A DNA stretch of 64,000 bases, taken from assembly GCA_965228895.1 (NCBI GenBank), contig OZ245842.1, positions 1,632,001 through 1,696,000 of the forward strand, in the 5' to 3' direction. Below are positions 37,396 through 47,692 of the stretch, piece by piece. The DNA comes from Alphaproteobacteria bacterium (GTDB lineage Bacteria > Pseudomonadota > Alphaproteobacteria > SP197). The notes beneath the pieces are model-generated. The model made no database searches. It was not told the origin of the DNA and worked only from the letters and a program-made list of their open reading frames with translations. Position 1 is the first letter of the stretch; each line of letters starts with the position of its first letter. The translations under genes were made by a program, and so were the position numbers.

Positions 37396-38985
37396 TTAGG
37401 CGCTGGGATCGACGAACCACCAGCGTTCCATCAGGCGGCCACCGTCTAGACCCCAGTTGCCGCCGATCTGGCCACTGTTGGTGAGGCTGGTCGATGCACC
37501 GTCGACGTGGTTGGCGAAGGCGACGACAAGCGCACCGCCGTCGTTGGCCACGATGTCCTGCATTTCCGTGTACATCTCCGCGCGCTTGGTATTATCCAAC
37601 TCCGCGCGTGCCTGGATCAACAGCTCGTTGAAGCGGTCATTCACCCAGAACGTGTCATTCCACGGCGCGTCGGCGGCATAGGTGGTCGAGAACATCCAGT
37701 CTTCGGTCGGACGTCCGCCCCAGTAACACAGGCACCATGGCTTCTGCATCCAGACGTCTGACCAGTATCCGTCGGCGGCCTCGCGGACAACATTAATATC
37801 GATGCCTGCAGCCTTGGCGTGCTCCTGATAGAGCACCGCCGTGTCGACCGCGCCGACAAAGGCCGCGTCGGAGGTTGAGAGGTCGACCGCGAGGCTATCG
37901 AGGCCGGACTGCTGCAGATACCACTTCGCCTTGTCGGGATCGTAGGTGTGCTGCTCGATATTGGCGTGGAAACGGTTCGACGGTGCGATCGGATGATCAT
38001 TGCCGATGACGCCATGGCCCCTAAGGATCTTGTCGACGATGTCGTCGCGGTCGATGGCGTATTTGAGCGCCATGCGCACATTGTTGTCGTCGAACGGCGC
38101 GACCGTTGTGTTCATCGGCATGGTGTAGTGCAGCGTACCGGTTGCTTCGACCAGATCGATGTTTGGCGCCTGGGCCATGAGGTCGGCCGTTTTCGGATCG
38201 ACACGGTCGATGACGTCGACCTGACCGGTGACAAGCGCGTTCTGGCGCGCGGTCGGATCGGCGATCGTGTACATCTCGCAGGCATCGAACCATGCGCGGT
38301 CGTTCTTCCAATAATTGGCGTGGCGTTCAAGCACCGCTTCCGTGCCGGGTTCGTAGGACACCAGCTTGTAGCTGCCCGCGCCGATACCCGACATGGCGTC
38401 GATCTTGCCCTCGCCATCGGATGGCATGATGCCCATGTGATAGTCGCTGACGATGAACGGGTAATCGGCGTTGGGCGCGTTCAGTTCGATGACGACCGTG
38501 TTACCGTCGACGCGCATATCGGTCACCTGTTCGAACAGGCTCGAGACCGCCGAGGTCGAGTCCGGACCGCGGTGATGGTTGAGCGAGGCGACGACGTCAT
38601 CCGGTGTCATTGTCTTGCCGTTATGGAATTCGACGCCCTCGCGAATCTTGAAGGTCCATGTCTGAGCGTCCGGTGAGTCCCATTCCTCGGCCAGTTCGGC
38701 CTGCAGTTCGTTGAACTCGTTCACCTCGGTCAGGTAGTTGAACAGGCCGCCCATGCCCATGCCGCTCGAGAAGCCGTTTTCGAAGCTGCCCGGGTCCAAC
38801 GAATCGGTGGACGAGCCATGCCCCAGCCCCATGCGCAACGTGCCCCCGCGCTTTGGCTCAGCTGCTTTCGCTTCGTTACCGATGACGGCCGGACCCATGC
38901 CGGCGGCGATACCAAGGGCGGCCGAACCGGCCAGCAGATCACGCCGGCTGGTTGGTAAGCCCGAACTTGTCGTTTTCTTTGTCAT
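37396..38985 (-). CDS. ABC substrate-binding protein family 5 (peptide/nickel type), Tat signal, no adjacent permeases
   Basis: SRRDLL Tat motif; SLDP, ELAEEW, GVEFHNGK, VRMALKYAIDR. Confidence 0.9.
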   Translation of the reverse strand: MTKKTTSSGLPTSRRDLLAGSAALGIAAGMGPAVIGNEAKAAEPKRGGTLRMGLGHGSSTDSLDPGSFENGFSSGMGMGGLFNYLTEVNEFNELQAELAEEWDSPDAQTWTFKIREGVEFHNGKTMTPDDVVASLNHHRGPDSTSAVSSLFEQVTDMRVDGNTVVIELNAPNADYPFIVSDYHMGIMPSDGEGKIDAMSGIGAGSYKLVSYEPGTEAVLERHANYWKNDRAWFDACEMYTIADPTARQNALVTGQVDVIDRVDPKTADLMAQAPNIDLVEATGTLHYTMPMNTTVAPFDDNNVRMALKYAIDRDDIVDKILRGHGVIGNDHPIAPSNRFHANIEQHTYDPDKAKWYLQQSGLDSLAVDLSTSDAAFVGAVDTAVLYQEHAKAAGIDINVVREAADGYWSDVWMQKPWCLCYWGGRPTEDWMFSTTYAADAPWNDTFWVNDRFNELLIQARAELDNTKRAEMYTEMQDIVANDGGALVVAFANHVDGASTSLTNSGQIGGNWGLDGGRLMERWWFVDPSA

Positions 38986-39328
38986 TTTGATCTCCCAGTC
39001 TCCTTTGTCCTTGTGCGCGACTTCGGTAACCACGACCGTACGTCGCACATCAACTGACATTTTCTAGGTTACGCGGAGGCTCCCGCATACCCGTCCGACA
39101 GATTGTGATCCGAATCCGACATCATCATGGTAAGCACCGCCCGATCTTAGCGCGGCGATGTCACGGTTCAGTGAAATTGTTGCTCTCGTGGAACAAACTT
39201 CGTTCGGCAAGCGGCTCGACGCTTTCTAACTCTTGCGAACAACTCTCAGGCGATGTCGCAATCGGGACTAACCACGACACACATGCTATCTGGCGTCATG
39301 CTGACACGGCGCGCCTTGGTGGGCGACG

Positions 39329-41560
39329 CTAGTCAGGCGGCGGTGGGAAAGGGGTCTCATCGACAAAGCGCGTGACGATGTTCTCCAGCAGCCGGCTCAC
39401 GTTGTTCTGGAAGTTGTCATGGGCCAGCGAACCGGCGAACGCGATCGAGCTGGTCGAAAACACGGCGCCGCCATTAGGCGTTTCGTAGAACACCATGTCG
39501 CAGCGCACATGCGGGCAGTTCTCGCCGTTGACGGCGGAGTGGGAGTGATTGAATTCCTCCTTGACCCAATGGACATCGACGCCGAAGTCGGTCGCCTCCG
39601 CGACGATGAGTGCGTGGGGAGGAGTGCCAAACTCGAAGCTAACGCTGTCAATCTCACTGCCGGCGGCACCGCCCAGGACGGTTCCGAAATCGCCAATCGT
39701 TTCGTTCTCGCCGATGCCTTCGAACATCCAGGCGGCGCGCGGATCGTTGCTCTCGTCACGTCGCGTGTAGGAACTCGCGGCGATGAAGCCTTGCGCCGAA
39801 AAGCCGGTGCCGCAGATGACCTCCGGCGGTATGCCGCAGCGCTGCCATAGGCCCGAGAGCTCGCCGGTAAAGCTCATGTAATACTCACCGGGCTCCGCGA
39901 ACCATGACCGCATGCCGTCCTCGGCACGCCGCATCTCGATCACGCCCGGCAGTGTCGGATGATAGGCGACCCGCCAGTAAAACCCATTGCCGCCCATGTA
40001 GATGAACCGTCCGCCGCGCTGCTGGTAGTGCAGCAGCGCCTCCATCATCGGTTTCGAATAGTATTCCGGGTGCGTCGTCGTCATGACGCAGGGGTAGTTC
40101 TCCAGCAGGCTGACACCTTCGGCATCCAGGTCGTCGTCGGTGAAGACGTCGAAGTCGATGCCTTTTTCTTCCAGCCAGTCGGTGATGTGGGTGTCGGCGT
40201 TGTATTGCCACAGGTCGTCGCGCGGTCCCATGCGCAGAAACGGGCGCAGGCGCGAGGCGTAGCAGACTCCGCTGCCATCGGTGTGTTTGTCGTACATGCT
40301 GAGCCCGTGTTCCCGGTGCATGTGCAAGTGCAGGTCGGTCTGATCCAATGTCGTGAACCGGTTGCCCGACTGCTCGCCGAGCGTGTCCCATTCGATCGGC
40401 ATGTGGTGATTGACGTAGGCATAGTAGCTGGCCGTCGCGATCAGAAGGCCGAGTCTTGCCGTGGCCGTGCCCTTCTTCGGTCGGACATAGAACGGAATAT
40501 AGAACCACTGATCGTCCTGGGTCAGGCGCGCGCAATAGGTGCCGCTCTTGAAGTCATCTGGCACCGTCCAACGGGCGTCTGTCTGCCAGCCGCAGTCATA
40601 GACATCGTCGTCGTGAAAGTGGATGGCGCCGTAGTGCTCGGGTTTGTGCGTCCAGACCATCTCCGTGCCATCGTGATTGCGGCCTTTCATGGCGCGTGTC
40701 GGCAGGTTGACCGTCTGGCCGTCCAGGCGGTTGGGCGAGATATCGACGACGCGCGTCCCCGGAATGTCCTGGCTGAAATCCCAGGCGGCGACAGTGCTGG
40801 TCTGCAGGTCGGTGGGGACTTGCGCGGCCTTCATCCGCTCCATCTCGGGACGCGAGAGTGCTCGGTTCGCGACGCGCGGACTGTCGATCTTACCGTTGAA
40901 GAAGTTGGTGGCGATCAGTTCGCCGTCGCGCTGGTTGTTGCTCGCGGCGATGGTGAAACGGCCGCCACGGCCGGGTTTGGTCGGCACGGTTTCCTCGGCG
41001 CGTGCCTTGCCGCGTTCGCCGGCATAGCGCACCAGCGGTTCCTGGATGACCGTCATGGCCCCGGTCGCCGCATCGAAACTCGCGGCGACGAAGTACCAGT
41101 GACGCGAGTCCATCGCGGCGCCGGAGACGAGGGTCTCGACGATCGACCCGTCGCCTATCACGAGCGCTGCCTGCCTATCGTGCACAGCCAGCGCGTACCC
41201 CGCGTTATCGGCCCGGTCGAAGGCGCCCATGATCGTCTGACCTTCCTTTTCGGGTGTCGTTGGCCAGATGAACGCCTGCAGGGTGAAACTCTCCAGCGCA
41301 AAACGTTCCGGACGCGGCACGTCGACGAACGAGCCGACCTGAGTCCATTGAAAGCGCGCGGGGTAGTCGCCGTTGACATCCGCATCGACGACCGTCTCCT
41401 TGAGGCCTTGGCCCTCCGGCGTGTCGTCGCCGCAGCGAATGCGCACGATGTCGAGACGGTAGCTGCCCTCGATCTCTGAACTGACCTTGAAGTCGATGCT
41501 TTGGCCGGGTTGCCGGCTGATTTCGTCGGCATAACCCAAGAGCTTACGCATGCTCGTCAT
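39329..41560 (-). CDS. N,N-dimethylformamidase large subunit family protein, paralogue 2
   Basis: GYAD.IS..PG, AIHFHDDD, SYYAYVN, GLSMYD, HPEY, GGNGFYW; ATGA overlap with the upstream paralogue. Confidence 0.9.
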   Translation of the reverse strand: MTSMRKLLGYADEISRQPGQSIDFKVSSEIEGSYRLDIVRIRCGDDTPEGQGLKETVVDADVNGDYPARFQWTQVGSFVDVPRPERFALESFTLQAFIWPTTPEKEGQTIMGAFDRADNAGYALAVHDRQAALVIGDGSIVETLVSGAAMDSRHWYFVAASFDAATGAMTVIQEPLVRYAGERGKARAEETVPTKPGRGGRFTIAASNNQRDGELIATNFFNGKIDSPRVANRALSRPEMERMKAAQVPTDLQTSTVAAWDFSQDIPGTRVVDISPNRLDGQTVNLPTRAMKGRNHDGTEMVWTHKPEHYGAIHFHDDDVYDCGWQTDARWTVPDDFKSGTYCARLTQDDQWFYIPFYVRPKKGTATARLGLLIATASYYAYVNHHMPIEWDTLGEQSGNRFTTLDQTDLHLHMHREHGLSMYDKHTDGSGVCYASRLRPFLRMGPRDDLWQYNADTHITDWLEEKGIDFDVFTDDDLDAEGVSLLENYPCVMTTTHPEYYSKPMMEALLHYQQRGGRFIYMGGNGFYWRVAYHPTLPGVIEMRRAEDGMRSWFAEPGEYYMSFTGELSGLWQRCGIPPEVICGTGFSAQGFIAASSYTRRDESNDPRAAWMFEGIGENETIGDFGTVLGGAAGSEIDSVSFEFGTPPHALIVAEATDFGVDVHWVKEEFNHSHSAVNGENCPHVRCDMVFYETPNGGAVFSTSSIAFAGSLAHDNFQNNVSRLLENIVTRFVDETPFPPPPD

Positions 41561-43794
41561 CCCTCGTTGAGTGGTGCCGGATCGGCGAAACGCCGCAGCA
41601 CGTTATCGGTGATCGTGGAGACGTCGTTGTCGTAGTTATTGTGCCCCAGGCTCGCGGACCAACTGATCGAGCCGGTCGAAAAGACAGCCGACCCGTCAGG
41701 CTTGGTGAAGTACGCCATATCGGCGCGCACCCTGGGGTTGGCGTCGCCGGTGATGGCGGCGTGGTTGAAGACAACCTCGTCGGGGCTCAGCATGTAGTAA
41801 CCGGAATGGCCGGTCGAGCTGGCCAGGACAATGGTATCGGTCGGCGAGCCCAGCACGGTGTCGACACCGTCCAGTTCGATGCCCGCCGCGCCGCCCAACA
41901 CGCCGAAGTCACCGATGACGTCACCCTCGACGCCCTCCATGATCCAGCGGGCGCGTGGATCGTCGGCGCCGGGCTGGCGCACATACCAGCCGCAGGTATC
42001 GAAGCCGGTGGCGAAGGTGCCGATACCGACCAGGCTTTGCGGTGGCCGGCCGATGCGTTTCCACAAGCCGCCGTATTCGCCGCTAAAGCTCAGATAGGAT
42101 TCGCCGGGCCGCGACGCCCAGAATCGCGCACCGCTCTCAGGCCGGCGAACCTCGATAACATCGCCGGGCCGTTCTGGGTGAAAGGCGATCCGCCAATAAA
42201 AGCCGTTGCCGCCCAGGTACATGAGGCGCCCGCCCTGGGCGAGGTAGGCGACCATCGCGTCCCACATGACCGTCGACCAGTATTCCGGGTGGGTTCCCGT
42301 CACGATGACGTTGTGCGGCGCCAGCGCCTCGAGGCCCTCATAGTGGATCGCTTCATCCGTCACGACGTCATAGTCGTGCCCCTTCGCCTCCATCCAGTCG
42401 GTCACATGGGTATCCGCGTTGAAGCTCCAGACGCTCCCCTTGGGCGAATAGTTCAGGACGATTGGTCTGAGCCGCGAGCTGTACATGGAGCCGGACCCAT
42501 CGCGGTGGGTGTCATAGGTCGAAAGGCCGAGGTCGCGACGCTCGTTCAGGAATAGCTCGTCCGGTGCGTAGGCAATGATGCGGCCGCGCTTGACCTCCGC
42601 TTTCTCTTCATCGATTTGCCAATGATAGTTGGAGTAAGCGAGGTAGGTCGCCGTCGAAGCCAGAAACGCGATCTTCTGTTTTGGCCCATCCTTGGCGGGG
42701 CGCACGAAGAACGGGATGTAGCATTCGTCGTCGCCGGATCGGCAGCGCGCGCAATAGACACCACTCCTCAGGTCGTCGGGAAGCGTGACCGTTACGTCCG
42801 TTTGCCATGCGGCATCGAGCACATCGTCATCATGGAAATGGATGGCACTGTAGTGCGCGGGATTTCTTGTCCAGTCCTGGACCGAGCTGTTCCAGTGATA
42901 CCCGGTGACCGCACGTGTCGGCAGGTTGACCAGATGGCCGTCGAGGCGGTTGGCGGAGAGGTCTGGGAAACGGTCGGTCGGAATGTCGCGGCCGAAGTCC
43001 CAGGCAGCGACCAGCCAGTCGCGATCGGGCGGTTCGGCCTGGGCCAGCAGCGACATGTCGTCGCAGACAAGCGCCTTCGACGCGATCCGCGGGCTATCGA
43101 TGCGGCCGTTAAAGAGGCCGGCCATATGCGGCTTGCCGTCGTCGTGCCAGCCGACCTGCCAGGCGGCCAGGTGCAGATCGTGATCGGCGGCAAAGACGAT
43201 GTTGGCAGGCGCTTTGCCGACGGTCATGGCATGGGGATCGATGGTGGTGAAGCGGGCGTCCGGTTCCTGCCACAGCACGACGTCGCCGGTTTCCGCATCA
43301 TAGGTCGCGGCGACGAAAGCCCATTCCCACGCCAGCATCGGAGTGCCGGTCGTGACCGTCACCAGTTCATCGCCATTGCCGACCATCAGCGCCAGCGCGC
43401 CATCATCATCCAGAATGAGCGCGAAACCTGGTCGCTTAGGACCGGAGCCGCGGCTAATGATCGTCTGTCGGCCATCGCCCGGCAGGGTCGGCATGATGAA
43501 GGCCTGCAGCGTGAAGCTCGACAACCGATCGAGCACCGGCGCCGTCGGCACGACCGCATAGGAGCCCGCGTGGATCGGCTGAAAGCGCCCGGGATAAGAG
43601 CCGTCGGCTTCGGTCTCGATGGGGATTTCTTTGTAGGGTGTGCCGCCGGGCGCGATGACGCCGTTGACCAGGCGCACGACATCGAAGTTGTAGCTTGGCA
43701 AGTCCTCGGCGCTGATCTTGAAGTCGACGGTATCGCCCGGCCGCAAACTGATGCGGTCGGCGTAGCCCAGAAGGCGGCGTTTGTAATCGAGCAC
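41557..43794 (-). CDS. N,N-dimethylformamidase large subunit family protein, paralogue 3
   Basis: GYADRISL.PG, AIHFHDDD, TYLAYSN, GLSTYD, HPEY, GGNGFYW; GTG start. Confidence 0.9.
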   Translation of the reverse strand: MLDYKRRLLGYADRISLRPGDTVDFKISAEDLPSYNFDVVRLVNGVIAPGGTPYKEIPIETEADGSYPGRFQPIHAGSYAVVPTAPVLDRLSSFTLQAFIMPTLPGDGRQTIISRGSGPKRPGFALILDDDGALALMVGNGDELVTVTTGTPMLAWEWAFVAATYDAETGDVVLWQEPDARFTTIDPHAMTVGKAPANIVFAADHDLHLAAWQVGWHDDGKPHMAGLFNGRIDSPRIASKALVCDDMSLLAQAEPPDRDWLVAAWDFGRDIPTDRFPDLSANRLDGHLVNLPTRAVTGYHWNSSVQDWTRNPAHYSAIHFHDDDVLDAAWQTDVTVTLPDDLRSGVYCARCRSGDDECYIPFFVRPAKDGPKQKIAFLASTATYLAYSNYHWQIDEEKAEVKRGRIIAYAPDELFLNERRDLGLSTYDTHRDGSGSMYSSRLRPIVLNYSPKGSVWSFNADTHVTDWMEAKGHDYDVVTDEAIHYEGLEALAPHNVIVTGTHPEYWSTVMWDAMVAYLAQGGRLMYLGGNGFYWRIAFHPERPGDVIEVRRPESGARFWASRPGESYLSFSGEYGGLWKRIGRPPQSLVGIGTFATGFDTCGWYVRQPGADDPRARWIMEGVEGDVIGDFGVLGGAAGIELDGVDTVLGSPTDTIVLASSTGHSGYYMLSPDEVVFNHAAITGDANPRVRADMAYFTKPDGSAVFSTGSISWSASLGHNNYDNDVSTITDNVLRRFADPAPLNEG

Positions 43795-43803
43795 GGCGTC
43801 AGA

Positions 43804-44109
43804 TCACGCGTCAGCCAGATCTTGCCCGGTATGCTTTTTCCATCGCAGTTTGAAGATGTGCCACTCGGCATCACCGATGTCGTTGAAGGTGACGTCCTCG
43901 AACATGGTGACGGGGACGCCGCGCTTGCCCGGCAGTTGCGCCAGGCACCATTCCTTGTGCGGTTTGGTGCAAACCAGCACATACTTGCCTTCCAGAGGTT
44001 CCCAGCGCATCACATTCAGGACCTTCTGAAGTTCCGCGCTGTGCGGACCGAACGGCTTGGCCTTGAACTCCTCGGCGAGATCAGTGCGTGCCGGGTCGAT
44101 CTGGTACAT
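43804..44109 (-). CDS. N,N-dimethylformamidase small (alpha) subunit-like protein
   Basis: EEF..KPFG.HS..LQ.VL...R..P..GKY...AEW.IF..RW pattern; 101 aa directly upstream of the large subunits; GGAGG RBS. Confidence 0.75.
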   Translation of the reverse strand: MYQIDPARTDLAEEFKAKPFGPHSAELQKVLNVMRWEPLEGKYVLVCTKPHKEWCLAQLPGKRGVPVTMFEDVTFNDIGDAEWHIFKLRWKKHTGQDLADA

Positions 44110-44140
44110 CGGGTGTGTCCTCCGTTCACCTTTGTGTGCC

Positions 44141-44169
44141 AGTAGACCGCCCGGCACGGCGGCTGGCAA
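44141..44169 (-). promoter_or_regulatory. putative sigma70-type promoter of the DMFase-like operon
   Basis: Minus strand TTGCCA-N17-TCTACT just downstream of the groEL terminator. Confidence 0.4.
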
Positions 44170-44193
44170 GGATTTGCGGGCAGTACCGGCGAC

Positions 44194-44231
44194 AAAAAAA
44201 GAAGGGCCACGTCCTGTGGACGCGACCCTTC
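44194..44231 (-). terminator. intrinsic terminator of groESL
   Basis: Minus strand GAAGGGTCGCGTCC-ACA-GGACGTGGCCCTTC followed by T7. Confidence 0.85.
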
Positions 44232-44318
44232 CAATTCGGCTCTTTGAACCCGGACGTTAGGGCATGATCTTAGAGACCGATTCACGACCCACATGTTTCG
44301 ATGTGGGCCGATCGGGCT

Positions 44319-45959
<1,641 letters not shown>

Positions 45960-45971
45960 CTATTCTCCTGT

Positions 45972-46286
45972 TTACGCGGCTTTTCTGGACCGCTTGGTCG
46001 CCTCGATGACGCCCATGATGTCGGTTTCTTTCATGATGATGAGGTCTTCACCGTCGACCTTGACCTCGGTGCCCGACCATTTGCCGAACAAAACGCGGTC
46101 GCCCTTTTTGACGTCGAGCGGCTGGACCTTGCCGTTCTCGTCGCGCGCGCCGGAGCCGGTGGCGACGATGACACCTTCCATTGGCTTTTCCTGGGCGGTG
46201 TCGGGAATGATGATCCCGCCTGCGGTCTTTTCCTCGCTATCGACGCGACGGACCAGAACGCGGTCATGCAGCGGTTTCAATGCCAT
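45972..46286 (-). CDS. groS: co-chaperonin GroES
   Basis: [24 protein letters not shown]. Confidence 0.99.
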   Translation of the reverse strand: MALKPLHDRVLVRRVDSEEKTAGGIIIPDTAQEKPMEGVIVATGSGARDENGKVQPLDVKKGDRVLFGKWSGTEVKVDGEDLIIMKETDIMGVIEATKRSRKAA

Positions 46287-46329
46287 GCTTCGTTCTCCTC
46301 GAGAGAAGTCGTTGATGTCGTCTGAACTC

Positions 46330-46356
46330 TTAGCACTCTCCAGTCGGGAGTGCTAA
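46330..46356. promoter_or_regulatory. CIRCE operator (HrcA site)
   Basis: Perfect TTAGCACTC-N9-GAGTGCTAA upstream of groES. Confidence 0.97.
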
Positions 46357-46360
46357 CCGC

Positions 46361-46390
46361 GATATGGCGGACCCGCGTGCTATCGTCAAG
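46361..46390 (-). promoter_or_regulatory. groESL promoter (RpoH-like)
   Basis: Minus strand CTTGACG-N17-CATATC immediately upstream of CIRCE. Confidence 0.7.
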
Positions 46391-46438
46391 AGGCGGGGCC
46401 GGTGTCGCGATCAGAAATCGCCGGGGTGGGACAGGGTT

Positions 46439-47692
46439 CTACTTTTTGTCGCCCGGGCGGCGGGTCAGCCGTTTGGCGCGTTGGGCCAGTTCATGCTCGA
46501 CATCGGCCAAGTCGACGCCGGCCCGCGCCATGGCGGTCAGCGTAAAATAGATCAGGTCAGCGGTCTCGTGGGTGATTTCGCCTTTATCGGCCGCGGCGGC
46601 CAGCTCGCCGGCTTCCTCGACCAGTTTGGCATCCAGCAAACCGGCCTCGGTGAACAGGCGGCGCGTATAGGAGCCTTCGGGTGCCGCGTCGCGGCGCGCG
46701 GCAATCAGGCGCGCCAAGGCCGGCAGACCGTCGGCCTCGCCCCAGCAGGTGTGGGTGTCCAGGTGGCAGAAGCCGGGCGCGGCCTGGCGCACCCGATAAC
46801 GCAGGGTATCGCGGTCACAATCCAGATCGATGTTCAGCAGTTCCTGAGTCGCGCCCGATGTCTTGCCCTTGATCCAGAGACCACGGCTGCGCGAGTGGTA
46901 GGCGCCGACACGCCCGTCGACGGCGGCGCGCAGGCTTTGCAGGTCCGAATAGGCGAGGCCCAGGGCGACGCCATGTTCGTCGGTCACGACCGTCGGCCAC
47001 AAGCCGTCGGGCCGGTCCGAGGTCAATGGCGCGGCAATCGCATCGGCCAGGTGCAGGCGGCCGGAATAGAGCGCCATGCCGACCTGGGCGTCCGCGCCAA
47101 GCTTGTCGGCGGCGGCGATATCCTCAGGCGTCGTGAAACCGCCGGCGACCGTCAGGTCGGCGTCGCCGGCGGCGTCCTTCAGCTTGGCGATTCCGTCGAG
47201 GTCGATGCCCTCCATGCGGCCTTCGCGTTCGACAAAGGTCACCAGGAAGCCGCCGACCAGGCCCTTCAACTCGGCCATGCGGTCTTCGACCGTGGCACCG
47301 GTCTTGGTCGTCCAGCCATGGGTCACGACCTCGCCGCGCACCGCGTCGAGGGCGGCAATGACCCGCTCGGGCGGCAATTCTGACAGGATCTCGGGCTTGG
47401 CAGCAGTCCCCAGGATGATCTTGTCGGCGCCCGCATCGAGCCAGCGGATGGCCGTCTCGATATCGCGAATGCCACCACCAACGCGGCACGGCGCCATGCG
47501 GACCAGCTCTTTGATCAAGTCCGCGTTGTCGCCCTGGCCAAGCGCCGCGTCCAGGTCAATGACGGCGATGTCCCCGGCTAGCCGGAAGGTCTCGGCGATC
47601 GGGCGGGGGTCGCCCGCGTCGATAGCCCGTTCCTTGCCGCCAATGAGCTGAACCGCCTGGCCGCCCATCAGGTCGATGGAGGGAATGATCAT
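46439..47692 (-). CDS. hisA/hisIE: HisA-HisI-HisE fusion (ProFAR isomerase + PR-AMP cyclohydrolase + PR-ATP pyrophosphatase)
   Basis: N: IIPSIDL, VIDLDAA, VGGGIR, ILGT, AGG; middle: SRSR.LW.KG.TSG, DCDRD, FCH....C; C: SYT..LF, K..EEA.E, E.ADL.Y. Confidence 0.9.
   Translation of the reverse strand: MIIPSIDLMGGQAVQLIGGKERAIDAGDPRPIAETFRLAGDIAVIDLDAALGQGDNADLIKELVRMAPCRVGGGIRDIETAIRWLDAGADKIILGTAAKPEILSELPPERVIAALDAVRGEVVTHGWTTKTGATVEDRMAELKGLVGGFLVTFVEREGRMEGIDLDGIAKLKDAAGDADLTVAGGFTTPEDIAAADKLGADAQVGMALYSGRLHLADAIAAPLTSDRPDGLWPTVVTDEHGVALGLAYSDLQSLRAAVDGRVGAYHSRSRGLWIKGKTSGATQELLNIDLDCDRDTLRYRVRQAAPGFCHLDTHTCWGEADGLPALARLIAARRDAAPEGSYTRRLFTEAGLLDAKLVEEAGELAAAADKGEITHETADLIYFTLTAMARAGVDLADVEHELAQRAKRLTRRPGDKK

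Noticed and set aside
39959-44145. Long antisense ORFs (39959..41479, 42616..44145; also 19786..21207, 9611..10639, 45376..46356 and others)
   Set aside because: Shadows of well-supported genes on the opposite strand in high-GC DNA; no recognisable motifs
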